Program-made: the position numbers and the translations under genes | Part shown: positions 7,676-17,144 of the stretch, piece by piece | Layout: each line of letters starts with the position of its first letter | Numbering within the stretch: position 1 is the stretch's first letter | The notes under the pieces: model-generated | Databases searched by the model: none | What the model was told of the DNA's origin: nothing | Seen by the model: only the letters and a program-made list of their open reading frames with translations | Assembly: GCA_033345155.1 (NCBI GenBank) | Contig: JAWPOG010000029.1 | Location: 1-61,632 of the forward strand | Length of the DNA stretch: 61,632 bases | Reading direction: 5' to 3' | Origin: Alphaproteobacteria bacterium | GTDB taxonomy: Bacteria; Pseudomonadota; Alphaproteobacteria; Rs-D84

Positions 7676-8022
7676 TTTTCCTTGTCCTTGCGCTTTTGTA
7701 ATTTACATTCCAGGCCTGTGTTGCCCGTAATATTCAATGTGCGATACGATAATGTGCCAGTCATTTTTGCCGCACTGAAAATATTAGCAGTGTTCACAAT
7801 TGCCGGCCCATCCAGTTCACCATGCAAAAATAATATTGATGTGCGAATCTCGCCTACTACACGACCACCACGCCCTATGACGACCGTTTCAGCAACTATG
7901 TTCCCTGTCACCTCGCCATGAATTTGGACATTGTGATCGGTTTTGATATCACCCGTCAATTTACACCCGGCACCAATAACTGTCGGGGACTGTTTTTCAG
8001 CAGAGTTTGTAAATGCCAGCAT
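7672..8022 (-). CDS. Bactofilin (polymer-forming cytoskeletal protein)
   Basis: Beta-helical repeat pattern IGAGCKLTGDIKTDHNVQIHGEVTGNIVAETVVIGRGGRVVGEI, typical of the bactofilin/DUF583 family. Confidence 0.8.
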   Translation of the reverse strand: MLAFTNSAEKQSPTVIGAGCKLTGDIKTDHNVQIHGEVTGNIVAETVVIGRGGRVVGEIRTSILFLHGELDGPAIVNTANIFSAAKMTGTLSYRTLNITGNTGLECKLQKRKDKEK

Positions 8023-8025
8023 CGT

Positions 8026-9303
8026 TTATTCTTCCTTTATAAATTTAGTTGGATCAAATGGGGTACCCTTGTACCGAATTTCGTAATGCAAATGCGGGCC
8101 GGTCGAACGACCAGATGAACCAGCCAGCCCAATAACCGTACCCGGGCGAACCCAATCGCCACGCGACACCAAAATCTGGGACAAATGCGCGTAAAGCGTC
8201 GTGAAACCCAGACCATGATCAATTTCAACCGTTGTGCCATATCCAACACGTTCGCCAGCCGACACAACCCTGCCTGGGGCAACCGCCAGCAATTCCGTAC
8301 CTATTTTACCCGCAAAGTCAATGCCACGATGCTTCTTGGGCTTGCCAGTAAAGGGGTCTTGGCGTGTGCCATAATTTGATGTAATGCGAGAATTAACTGG
8401 CTTGCCCAAAGGTAACATTTCATCCAAACGACGCAAACCATTCCAACGTTCCAAACCGTCCGCCAACCTTTGATATTTTTCATCTAATTCTTTGTCAAAC
8501 TCAATAGGACTAAACGCCGCCCCAACCAATGGATTATTATACTTGTTCGCATTGCGCAATAGTGTGTTCTGGTCCAGCCCCAGCGACAATAATGTAGTGT
8601 TTATCCGTTTGATGTTTTTCTGCAATTCTTCGATGTTTTCCTTGGTCAAAGCGGATACCGTATCAACGATTATGTTGTCTGCGTCCGCTATTTGTAAAAC
8701 CGTTTCAACCATCTGAGTATTACGACGTTTCAGGTCTTCATTTTCGGCACGGGTTAATTCATATTCAGCCGACAGTTCCGATATTTTCGTGTATTCAGGC
8801 GCAAAATCTTCGTCACGCAACATTTCAACAATACGAGTGCGGAGAAAGTCCAACTCGCCCCAGGTTTTAATGCGCGAATTCATCAATTTTTCTTTTTCGG
8901 CTTCGTCTAATTTTTTTGTGTTCAAAACCTTGTCATCAATGACATTCAAATCACGAACCAAATCATTATACTTGGTCAAGTATGTCTGCAAATCAGACAT
9001 GTGACGCGCGTGTGCGGCACGCACCTCTTCCAATTGTTCGGTGCGTTTTTGTAACAAGGGACGATGATACACAAAAACATAGGTCGACCAAGCCGCCCAT
9101 ACAATCAGCCCAACACCACCACAAAATCGTGCAAAACGCCAAAAACTGCTTTGTCCATATGTGTAAACATTGCCACGAGGTGTGTCCATAACCGTAAATT
9201 CACGTGGCGGAAAAATGCGAACAATCACCCGCCACACAGCCCGGAACGGGGAAGTGATAAATGCCCAAAGTGATGTAAAATATCGTGTTATAAAATTTAT
9301 CAT
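8026..9303 (-). CDS. Membrane-anchored M23 (LytM-type) peptidase with a coiled-coil region
   Basis: N-terminal TM (GVGLIVWAAWSTYVFVY) and a coiled-coil middle. C-terminal M23 domain with HRGIDFAG...VEIDHGLGFTTLYAHL...GSSGRSTGPHLHYEI. Confidence 0.85.
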   Translation of the reverse strand: MINFITRYFTSLWAFITSPFRAVWRVIVRIFPPREFTVMDTPRGNVYTYGQSSFWRFARFCGGVGLIVWAAWSTYVFVYHRPLLQKRTEQLEEVRAAHARHMSDLQTYLTKYNDLVRDLNVIDDKVLNTKKLDEAEKEKLMNSRIKTWGELDFLRTRIVEMLRDEDFAPEYTKISELSAEYELTRAENEDLKRRNTQMVETVLQIADADNIIVDTVSALTKENIEELQKNIKRINTTLLSLGLDQNTLLRNANKYNNPLVGAAFSPIEFDKELDEKYQRLADGLERWNGLRRLDEMLPLGKPVNSRITSNYGTRQDPFTGKPKKHRGIDFAGKIGTELLAVAPGRVVSAGERVGYGTTVEIDHGLGFTTLYAHLSQILVSRGDWVRPGTVIGLAGSSGRSTGPHLHYEIRYKGTPFDPTKFIKEE

Positions 9304-9989
9304 TTCTGGGATAGTTTAGACAAAGTATCAGCAATAGTCAAGCCGTCGCGCAATACGGGCTGAAAATTCATGTCATATCCACGATGGATTACAGATACCC
9401 CGCGCGACCCCAATCGACCCGATATTAGCACCCGCTCGGCCATAGAGCGCGAGCCAAATAATGGTATTATCGTTATGTCCCCCAGTTTTTTTGCCATTTC
9501 CGCAACAACCAGCCCCAAGGTGGCGGCATCAGTTATAATACAAAATGTACCCATCGGACGAACACGCGCAATACAACGAGAAACCCACAAAGATAAATCT
9601 GCGTTGTGATGTGCATTATGTCGGGCCGGTGTGCCATTGAAATACGGTGGATTTGTAATAACCAAATCAAATGTACGATTTGTGCGCCATGTACATATGT
9701 CCGCACTTATCAACTCGATATCCATGCCATTTAGTTCAGCATTGTCACGACACGCATCCAACATTTGGTCGGACACATCCAATCCTGATATCCGGACATC
9801 TGGATTGTTCGCCCACAGACACAAAGATACACCACCACTGCCAACCCCAGCATCCAATACAGTTTTTACACCCCTGGGGGCAAATGCCGCCAGCCATACC
9901 GCGTCCGATGTTGGATTATACAAACCACGACGCATTTTAATGCGCCCGCCCATCAATGTAAAAATTTCTTGTTTTATGCCCATCTGCAT
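9300..9989 (-). CDS. SAM-dependent N6-adenine methyltransferase, TrmN6/YfiC-like
   Basis: SAM-binding motif LDAGVGSGGVSL and DLVITNPPYF (NPPY motif). Confidence 0.7.
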   Translation of the reverse strand: MQMGIKQEIFTLMGGRIKMRRGLYNPTSDAVWLAAFAPRGVKTVLDAGVGSGGVSLCLWANNPDVRISGLDVSDQMLDACRDNAELNGMDIELISADICTWRTNRTFDLVITNPPYFNGTPARHNAHHNADLSLWVSRCIARVRPMGTFCIITDAATLGLVVAEMAKKLGDITIIPLFGSRSMAERVLISGRLGSRGVSVIHRGYDMNFQPVLRDGLTIADTLSKLSQK

Positions 9990-10023
9990 TTATAATAGAA
10001 CAACAAAATTAAAAGGCAAGTTT

Positions 10024-11010
10024 ATGTTAGATGATTTTATTATCGTAAAAAGTGCCATCAGCGCATTTAATAACGCAGCACTGTGGGCCCCTGCATTTTT
10101 GTGGTGGTCTGTTTTGGCGTTGCCTTTGTTTGTTATTGTGTATTGGTGCACAGACACTATTATGGGGCGTATTGGCTGGGATAAAAACAACATCGTGCGC
10201 AATTGTTGCGTATGGGTTGCGGGCTTAATATGTGCGTGGGCTGTGTTGTTTGGCGGGAATTATGGAGTTCTTCGTGACAGTTTATCCGTTCTGCCGATGA
10301 TGATGGCAACAATTTTATTTTTAACATCTTTGTTTGTATCGTCGCATCTGCGAGAATATTCTTTGCAATGTTCCGGCAAGTGGCGGTGGTTTTTATTAGC
10401 GGTGATTATTATTGCGGTTGGTATGTCCGATACACATGCGTGGTGGGGCCCGTTGTTGCAGATTGGTGCTTTGGGGCTGGGGGTGACACTGGGACGTGTT
10501 ACGCACGGACGGATGCGCCCGTTCAGTGGACTGGTACTGATTATGATGATGACTGTAATTGCTATTTTGATGCAGCCAGAATTTTTTAGATTTGGGCAGT
10601 TGGGCAACCTGACAGCTGTGCATTTGTTGTCTATGCTGGGGTTGGGGGGCGCCTGTATGACAACAATCGCAATTCAAAACATCAATCCGTGCGGAAAAAT
10701 GCGTCACAGCGTTTATGTGAAACTTAAATGGCTGATGCGTGTTGCATGCGCGTTGGGCGTTGCATTATTCCTGTTTACCGAGGCCGTACCCGTATTTATT
10801 GGCACGATGATTGCTGTGTTTTTATCAGTGGCGATGTCAGTATGGCACGCAACAAGTATTGATCCTAATATCGCCAAGAAGATGTTTGCAATTGCGCTGA
10901 TGATATTTGGGGCGATTACAGTTATGCCTGTGATTACCGCAATCGGTGTTTTGTACTGGGCAAATGTCGATAACACAAAAATATGGGCAGGAACCAAACC
11001 GTTGTTATAA
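10024..11010 (+). CDS. Polytopic inner-membrane protein, unknown function
   Basis: Start set at MLDDFIIVKS. The track ORF from 9631 is antisense to the methyltransferase. About 8-9 hydrophobic segments. Confidence 0.55.
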   Translation: MLDDFIIVKSAISAFNNAALWAPAFLWWSVLALPLFVIVYWCTDTIMGRIGWDKNNIVRNCCVWVAGLICAWAVLFGGNYGVLRDSLSVLPMMMATILFLTSLFVSSHLREYSLQCSGKWRWFLLAVIIIAVGMSDTHAWWGPLLQIGALGLGVTLGRVTHGRMRPFSGLVLIMMMTVIAILMQPEFFRFGQLGNLTAVHLLSMLGLGGACMTTIAIQNINPCGKMRHSVYVKLKWLMRVACALGVALFLFTEAVPVFIGTMIAVFLSVAMSVWHATSIDPNIAKKMFAIALMIFGAITVMPVITAIGVLYWANVDNTKIWAGTKPLL

Positions 11011-11091
11011 TTGGTTATATTTATTTAATAACAATTTAGCATTATCTGATATACTATTTGACTTGTTATAGATAAAAAAACGGGTTTTATT

Positions 11092-11892
11092 ATGGCTATA
11101 CATCCAACAGCAATTATTCATCCGGGTGCAAAACTGGGTGCAGATTGTAAAATTGGCCCATATTGTATTGTGGGCGCAAATGTGGTTTTGGGCGACCGCG
11201 TAGAATTGGTTTCTAATGTGGTCATTGATGGAAAAACATCGATTGGCGATGATTCTATTGTATATCCTTTTGCTGTTATCGGCGTAATGAGTCAGGATTT
11301 GAAGTGGCAGGACGAGGCAACTATGACAGGTGTGCGCATCGGTAAACGTTGCAAAATACGCGAGTATGTGACAATTCATTCAGGAACACCTGCGTCCGAT
11401 GGTACTGTTATCGGGAACGATTGTCAGATTATGGTTAATGCACATGTCGCACACGATTGTCGTGTCGGGAACAGCGTTGTTATGTCAAATTTAGTGCAAT
11501 TGGCAGGCCATGTCGAGGTGGAAGATTTCGCAATCATCAGCGGTGGGGCAATGGTGCTGCAATTTGCACGCATTGGTCGAAACGCGTTTATCGGCGGTAT
11601 GTCAGGTGTTGGAAATGATGTGTTGCCATACGCAATTTATGACGGCAATCCACGCGCTGTATATCGCACAATCAATCGCGTCGGCCTGATGCGTCATGGG
11701 TTTACAAACGAAGATATGCATGCAATACACGCTGTGTACAGTGCGGTGTTCAGCAACAACGAAGGAACTGTGTCAGATCGTTTGGCAAAAATCCGCAAGG
11801 AAGTGAAAAACAACAAATACGCAATGGATGCTATCGATTTTATTGAAAATCGTTCAAAGCGTGGTATCGGCACATCTAGAAATGCAGAATAA
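11092..11892 (+). CDS. lpxA: Acyl-ACP--UDP-N-acetylglucosamine O-acyltransferase
   Basis: MAIHPTAIIHPGAKLG, hexapeptide repeats and an LpxA C-terminal helical domain. Confidence 0.9.
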   Translation: MAIHPTAIIHPGAKLGADCKIGPYCIVGANVVLGDRVELVSNVVIDGKTSIGDDSIVYPFAVIGVMSQDLKWQDEATMTGVRIGKRCKIREYVTIHSGTPASDGTVIGNDCQIMVNAHVAHDCRVGNSVVMSNLVQLAGHVEVEDFAIISGGAMVLQFARIGRNAFIGGMSGVGNDVLPYAIYDGNPRAVYRTINRVGLMRHGFTNEDMHAIHAVYSAVFSNNEGTVSDRLAKIRKEVKNNKYAMDAIDFIENRSKRGIGTSRNAE

Positions 11893-13021
11893 AAAACAAT
11901 CCGTATTCATTATCGCTGGCGAGGTTTCTGGGGATGTCCTGGGGGGGCGCATCATGTCCCAAATGGACAATGTGGAATTTACGGGCATCGGCGGCGAAAA
12001 TATGCAGGCTGCGGGGTTGAAGTCTTTGTTCCCTATGTCAGACTTGGCGGTTATGGGAATAGTCGAGGTTTTAGCCCACGCACGCACATTGACGCGCCGT
12101 ATAAAGCAAACAGTGGATGCGATTATTGAATCAAAACCTGATGTTGTTGTGTCAATTGATGCGCCAGGGTTTGCTAAAAGTGTTATTAAACAGATTAGAA
12201 AATCACCCGATGGAAGAAAACTGATTGAAAACGGACTGCGCTTTCATCATGTTGTTGCGCCCCAGGTGTGGGCTTGGCGGCCTGGTCGTGCAAAAAAATA
12301 TGCAAAGACATTTGATAAACTGTATGCTTTTTTTGGGTTCGAGGTTCCTTATTTTACAAAACACGGTCTGGAAACGGTTGCAGTGGGGCATCCCGTTGCC
12401 GATGATTTGATTGGCAAGTATAAAAAAACAAATAAGACAGCAAAAAAAATCATCACCTTGGTTCCAGGCAGCAGAATGTCCGAGGTAAAAAAACTGTTGC
12501 CGTTGATGCGTAATGTGGCAGAAAGAATGGCACGCGATGGATATATGGGATATGAATTTGTTATTCCAACCGTTGAAACAACTGTAGAATATATTCGAAA
12601 TGAAACGGCACATTGGCGCGTAAAACCGGTATTGGTGCCAGCGGGTCAACGATACGAACTGTATGCAAAAACATACATAGCAATCGTTGCCAGCGGTACA
12701 GTTTCCGCAGAATTGGCAATGTTACATGTGCCAACCATTGTAATCTATAAGATGAATGCAATTACAACATGGATTGGACGAATATTGATTAATACAAAGT
12801 GGGTATCGCTGGTGAACATTTTGTTAAATCGTGGTGTGTATCCAGAATTTTTAGGCCCGGCCGCAACAGTTGATAATATCATAGATGCGGTGCAGCAATT
12901 AACCATCCCGTCCAAACGCGACAAGATGATTGTGGCACTGGAATCGGCCGATAAATTGTGGCTGCCAGGGGGTGCAAATGCAGCAAAAATGATTGCTGAT
13001 GGGATAATGAAATCTATTTAG
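11882..13021 (+). CDS. lpxB: Lipid-A-disaccharide synthase
   Basis: FIIAGEVSGDVLGGRIM N-terminal motif. Start chosen at MQNKKQ, overlapping the lpxA stop. Confidence 0.85.
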   Translation: MQNKKQSVFIIAGEVSGDVLGGRIMSQMDNVEFTGIGGENMQAAGLKSLFPMSDLAVMGIVEVLAHARTLTRRIKQTVDAIIESKPDVVVSIDAPGFAKSVIKQIRKSPDGRKLIENGLRFHHVVAPQVWAWRPGRAKKYAKTFDKLYAFFGFEVPYFTKHGLETVAVGHPVADDLIGKYKKTNKTAKKIITLVPGSRMSEVKKLLPLMRNVAERMARDGYMGYEFVIPTVETTVEYIRNETAHWRVKPVLVPAGQRYELYAKTYIAIVASGTVSAELAMLHVPTIVIYKMNAITTWIGRILINTKWVSLVNILLNRGVYPEFLGPAATVDNIIDAVQQLTIPSKRDKMIVALESADKLWLPGGANAAKMIADGIMKSI

Positions 13022-13138
13022 TCGTGTTTTTATATCAGAAATATTTATTGCCCTGTTCCGCATCCCTGGGAAGGATGTCCTGGTTTTGCTTTACAAGCAT
13101 ATTTTGTTGTTCTAGTATTTCTATATAGCAGGAAAAAG

Positions 13139-13299
13139 ATGAAAAGTTTAATTATTTTGGGTGTCCCACGTGCCGGAAAATCCACACTAGCAACAAGCAT
13201 AGCAAAAAACACAAAATCCATTTCATTGATACTTCTTATGATTGGGAAGGCGAATTAGAAAATTTTACAAATAATATTTGTGAATTTTTGGCTGATTAA
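13139..13299 (+). pseudogene. Remnant of a P-loop NTPase/kinase gene (truncated and frameshifted)
   Basis: MKSLIILGVPRAGKSTLATSIAKN (Walker A) stops after 39 aa. A second frame continues ...HFIDTSYDWEGELENFTNNICEFLAD*. Confidence 0.4.
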
Positions 13300-13391
13300 A
13301 ATTAAATAAATACGATTTTTGCTGGGAATACAAACACGTATTTTGCCATGTGCGTTTGTGATAAAATAATAAAAAATCAAGGACGATAAAT

Positions 13392-13826
13392 ATGGCAAAA
13401 AAATTTAAAACCGATACCAGCGCAATTGGTATAGCGCACTATATTTTGTTGTTTTTGGTTGTGGCGGGATGTATAGCGCTGGTTGCGTGGATAATGATAA
13501 AAAGCAATAATCAAGATTCATCTGTTAATACAACAAGTATCATTCATGTCAAAAACTCATATCCATGCGTTCAACGCGCGCGCAGCGCAGTAGCGCACAT
13601 GTGGGAATACGACCCTAATGCAGTGCCGCAAAAATACTGGACCATGGCAGAAGACTATATGAATCAGGTGATTACAACGCGAACATATGGCATTTGTCAG
13701 GATGTGGCTTTTGTTTGCAACGTCGGGGAAATCAGACAAGACTGTGACCCTTGTGCGGTACCAAATGCACGAAATTTGGCACAAAGTATTCATACGGCTG
13801 ATATAATCAAGGAATACTGCCAATAA
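13392..13826 (+). CDS. Membrane-anchored or secreted Cys-containing hypothetical protein
   Basis: AAGGA Shine-Dalgarno, N-terminal TM IAHYILLFLVVAGCIALVAWIMI and 6 Cys in the exported part. Confidence 0.5.
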   Translation: MAKKFKTDTSAIGIAHYILLFLVVAGCIALVAWIMIKSNNQDSSVNTTSIIHVKNSYPCVQRARSAVAHMWEYDPNAVPQKYWTMAEDYMNQVITTRTYGICQDVAFVCNVGEIRQDCDPCAVPNARNLAQSIHTADIIKEYCQ

Positions 13827-13856
13827 AAATCCCGCCAAAATGGCGGGTTATTTTAT
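13825..13856. terminator. Bidirectional terminator
   Basis: aaaaat-cccgcc-aaaat-ggcggg-ttatttta, between convergent genes. Confidence 0.65.
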
Positions 13857-14965
13857 CGATTGGTTAACTGTAATTCTATGCGTCGGTTTTGTTGCAGCTC
13901 TGATGGGGTGTTACCTGATGCAACTGGGTACATATCACCAAAACCGCTGGGAACCAAACGATGTTTGGGAACACCCGATTTTACCAATTCGTCCACAACG
14001 GCCGTTGCACGCAACAAGGACAATTCTGTATTATTTTTATACCCAGGCGTACCAAATATAACCTGTTTTTTATCGGTGTGACCATCGACACGAATAATCC
14101 AGTTTATGTCAGCCGGGATTTTTTCTTCCATGTCTTGGATTGCATCTGCAATTAAATGCAATTGCTTTTTACCGTCAGCAGATAATCTGTACGAACCGCT
14201 AGAGAATAAAATATCACTGTTGACGATAAATCTGTCGCCGTCAATCTTGATTGATGAACTGTCGCCCAGTGCAAGCTTTACCGACTTGTAAAATTCAGAC
14301 TGGTATTGGGATACATCTTTAAGTTCCGCGACCTTGTCCGCCAAGGCACGATTTAAACGTGTTGACATTTCAACATATTCAATTTCTTGGTTGCGAGCTT
14401 TTTCTTCGGATGCATCCAGCGCAGATTGTAATTTTGCCAATTGTTCCGCCAGATTTGCGCGTTGAGATTCCATGTCTTCTTGTAATTGTTTGCGTTCCTG
14501 TTCTAATGCGGCCATCTTTTCCTTGTCCAGGGTAGCCTGATTCAGTTGGGTGTTCAGGTTGGCCACCTTTTCTTGCAGTTCGTTGCCATGATTTTGCAGT
14601 TCCAGCACCTTGGCCTCGTACGCAGTGACCAGTTCCGATACACTTAAATCTAGTTCATTTAATTCGTTATTAAGGCTGGCATTGGAACGTTCCAATTCTT
14701 CCAGCTGGTCGCGCGCCAGTATTAACAGTTGTTTGGCCTCTTGCTCGTCCAGGAACATTTGCTCGATGGTTTGTGCCTGCTCGGCATTTGTTGTGCGCAA
14801 TTCTGCCACAGCCTTGGTTCCTGTTGCCTTATTAAAAACACTGGTTGTGGTCCACAAAAACACAAAAACAATCAACAAAAATATTAAAATTATAACCAGA
14901 TTCGAAAATAAATCTACGAAGCCTGGCCATGCGTTTGTTGTTGTGCGATAACGAATATTCATCAT
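13853..14965 (-). CDS. MotB/OmpA-like stator subunit with a long coiled-coil linker
   Basis: N-terminal WPGFVDLFSNLVIILIFLLIV (TM with the conserved Asp as in MotB/TolR/ExbD). About 200 aa of heptad-rich coiled coil. C-terminal OmpA-like peptidoglycan-binding domain (IRVDGHTD...NTELSLLRA...QQNRRIELQL). Confidence 0.75.
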   Translation of the reverse strand: MMNIRYRTTTNAWPGFVDLFSNLVIILIFLLIVFVFLWTTTSVFNKATGTKAVAELRTTNAEQAQTIEQMFLDEQEAKQLLILARDQLEELERSNASLNNELNELDLSVSELVTAYEAKVLELQNHGNELQEKVANLNTQLNQATLDKEKMAALEQERKQLQEDMESQRANLAEQLAKLQSALDASEEKARNQEIEYVEMSTRLNRALADKVAELKDVSQYQSEFYKSVKLALGDSSSIKIDGDRFIVNSDILFSSGSYRLSADGKKQLHLIADAIQDMEEKIPADINWIIRVDGHTDKKQVIFGTPGYKNNTELSLLRATAVVDELVKSGVPKHRLVPSGFGDMYPVASGNTPSELQQNRRIELQLTNR

Positions 14966-14991
14966 TTGTCTGCTCTCTCTCTTGTATTGGT

Positions 14992-15765
14992 TTATATACC
15001 CGAAACTGTTTGTTCCAGTGATTGTACACTTTTTGTTAATTCACGCGTCGCAAGATTTATTTTTGGCAACATCTTTGCCACAGTATCTGTCGCTGTGATG
15101 TGCGCATGCGATGCCAAACATTCTTCCAGTTCATGATATATTGTGTTTTGTGCCGTCTGAACCTGCAACCCCAAAAACCCAACAGCCAAACTGCCCCCCA
15201 GCCCCAACAAAGAACTGGTAAATGCAGTGGCCATGCCCGCCAATGGCCGAGTCAACCCTGACTGCATCGACTGCATAACAGCTTCATCGGAAAAATTCAA
15301 ATTGCCTATTAATTCTGCAAAACCACCAACAGTTAAAATCAATCCCCAAAATGTTCCCAACAGCCCCAGAAATATTAATGTATTTGTAATATAGCGAACA
15401 GATTCACGAGAATCTTCAAAACGATTTATTACCATTTCCATAAAACCGTTCATGGTTGATGCGGATATCCGTTTCGGATTTGATGACAACATTAGTGCCA
15501 CAGGTCGCAATAACCGTGGTGGTAATTCCAACCGATGACGACCAGTCGTAAAGCCATGCAACCATTTATATTCCGGCAACAATCCGAACATTAATACAAA
15601 ACACAAACCAATACCAAATAAAGTAGTGCCAATAATAACACCGTTCAACCAGATGTTCGCAGTCGAAATCGCCATGAAATCCGCCCAAAAAAACAATATA
15701 CCCGCAACCAACAGTGCAGTGAACAAAGTCATTCGGTTAAGTGCGCCATGAAAGTGTTTTGTCAT
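14992..15765 (-). CDS. MotA/TolQ/ExbB-family proton channel protein
   Basis: LIFLGLLGTFWGLILTVGGF and LAGMATAFTSSLLGLGGSLAVGF, the hallmark C-terminal TM pair of the family. GGGGGAA Shine-Dalgarno. Confidence 0.75.
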   Translation of the reverse strand: MTKHFHGALNRMTLFTALLVAGILFFWADFMAISTANIWLNGVIIGTTLFGIGLCFVLMFGLLPEYKWLHGFTTGRHRLELPPRLLRPVALMLSSNPKRISASTMNGFMEMVINRFEDSRESVRYITNTLIFLGLLGTFWGLILTVGGFAELIGNLNFSDEAVMQSMQSGLTRPLAGMATAFTSSLLGLGGSLAVGFLGLQVQTAQNTIYHELEECLASHAHITATDTVAKMLPKINLATRELTKSVQSLEQTVSGI

Positions 15766-15834
15766 ATCTTTATTCCCCCGCTTAGTCTTAGATTAGTAAA
15801 TTTTAACGAATATTGTCAATAGACTTTATTATGC

Positions 15835-17073
15835 TTATTTACACACAGCCACATATGGGGGAAATGAACGCGCCTTATCTATTTCTGATGTACCACAATC
15901 CAAGCAATTGAAACGGCGGTTCTGGGAATGGGACCTGTCAAAAGGAACATTTACTCCGTCAATAAATTCAACCATTTCAAGATATGCACGATTCGGGAAA
16001 CCAAAATAAAATGCACGGGTCGGCCCATCACATTCTGCGACCAGCCCAGGATAACAACGCGCATCAGACAAACGCGCTGGGTCAGGGACGCACGCCGAAA
16101 CACAGGTTTCTTCGTCAACCACCAAACGTTCACAGTCTGTACATGATGTTTGTGGGACACGTAATGTCGCCCCAACCGAACCATAAGGCGCCCCAGATGT
16201 CAAATGTGTGCATTTCTTGGTATTAGCAGAACCAGATGGGTCAGTAACGCATTCCCATACCAATGTGTTATAATTCAACCGAGCCACCATGTTGCTGGGG
16301 CAACTTTTTTCCGGAAACGGATCCAGGCATTCCCAAATACCTTCTACGATAATGGCGGTTTGGTTATCCGCACACAATGGTTTGCGCGATTCATCGGGTA
16401 CACACTCGTACAAATCAGAATCCCAAATCATATCGCCACCACAATCTGTCTGGGGGTTATAGCCTATGCATTGCCAACGACCAAAACGATATGTTTTGGT
16501 ATAACCAACAGGACAAAAAATATCAGGCACCGTCGCCAAATCGTACCCCGTTCCCACATCCGGCATTTCAAACTGAGTCAGATATACAAGTTGACCATCA
16601 ACCAACCCCAGATTCTTGATGATTTCCACCGGAACCTGACGACGCGTGGATGAGCCACCAGACATTATCATCCCCCCGTTTAATATGCCGAATGTGCCAG
16701 CCTCGGAATAATGGGTTTCCAGAATTTCCATCATCGCGTTTTGATTGGATGAATCAATCGGATCGGTCACCGTCACCACATAATTAAATGCTGGCTTTTT
16801 ACTGTTCTGCGCTTCACACTTGGTGACCTTTAATTTACCGTCCAAACAAACAAAATCACTGGTGATGCCGTTTTGTTCTGTGCAGATATCAACAAATTCC
16901 GTGCCGTTAATTTGGGCATTATGCAATGCCGTTGCGCACTGGGCAACAGAACGCAAATCCGAACGCGAAACCGCATATTCTGTGTTATGCTGAACCACAG
17001 TTTGATTTGGGGAATCAATCAAATAATAGCCCACCATGAACAAAGCAACCAAAATCATGATAAAAATATTCAT
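15835..17073 (-). CDS. Cys-rich, N-terminally membrane-anchored periplasmic protein (unknown family)
   Basis: Strong AAGGGGGAA Shine-Dalgarno, TM IFIMILVALFMVGYYLI and more than 30 Cys in C-x(n)-C patterns (WQCIGYNPQTDCGGDMIWDSDLYECVPDESRKPLCADN...). First gene of an operon with the MotA/MotB-like pair. Confidence 0.6.
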   Translation of the reverse strand: MNIFIMILVALFMVGYYLIDSPNQTVVQHNTEYAVSRSDLRSVAQCATALHNAQINGTEFVDICTEQNGITSDFVCLDGKLKVTKCEAQNSKKPAFNYVVTVTDPIDSSNQNAMMEILETHYSEAGTFGILNGGMIMSGGSSTRRQVPVEIIKNLGLVDGQLVYLTQFEMPDVGTGYDLATVPDIFCPVGYTKTYRFGRWQCIGYNPQTDCGGDMIWDSDLYECVPDESRKPLCADNQTAIIVEGIWECLDPFPEKSCPSNMVARLNYNTLVWECVTDPSGSANTKKCTHLTSGAPYGSVGATLRVPQTSCTDCERLVVDEETCVSACVPDPARLSDARCYPGLVAECDGPTRAFYFGFPNRAYLEMVEFIDGVNVPFDRSHSQNRRFNCLDCGTSEIDKARSFPPYVAVCK

Positions 17074-17144
17074 TATTCCCCCTTGCGATTTATGAAAAGT
17101 CTAGGTAATATACAAATAAATTGCAACAGGAAATGGATACGGTC

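Noticed and set aside
9631-10023. N-terminal 131-aa extension of the membrane-protein ORF (track ORF 9631..11010)
   Set aside because: It is entirely antisense to the well-supported methyltransferase gene 9300..9989. The hydrophobic protein begins naturally at ATG 10024.
13840-14061. 73-aa plus-strand ORF starting just after the terminator at 13.85 kb
   Set aside because: It overlaps the OmpA-like domain coding region on the opposite strand, which carries clear family motifs.
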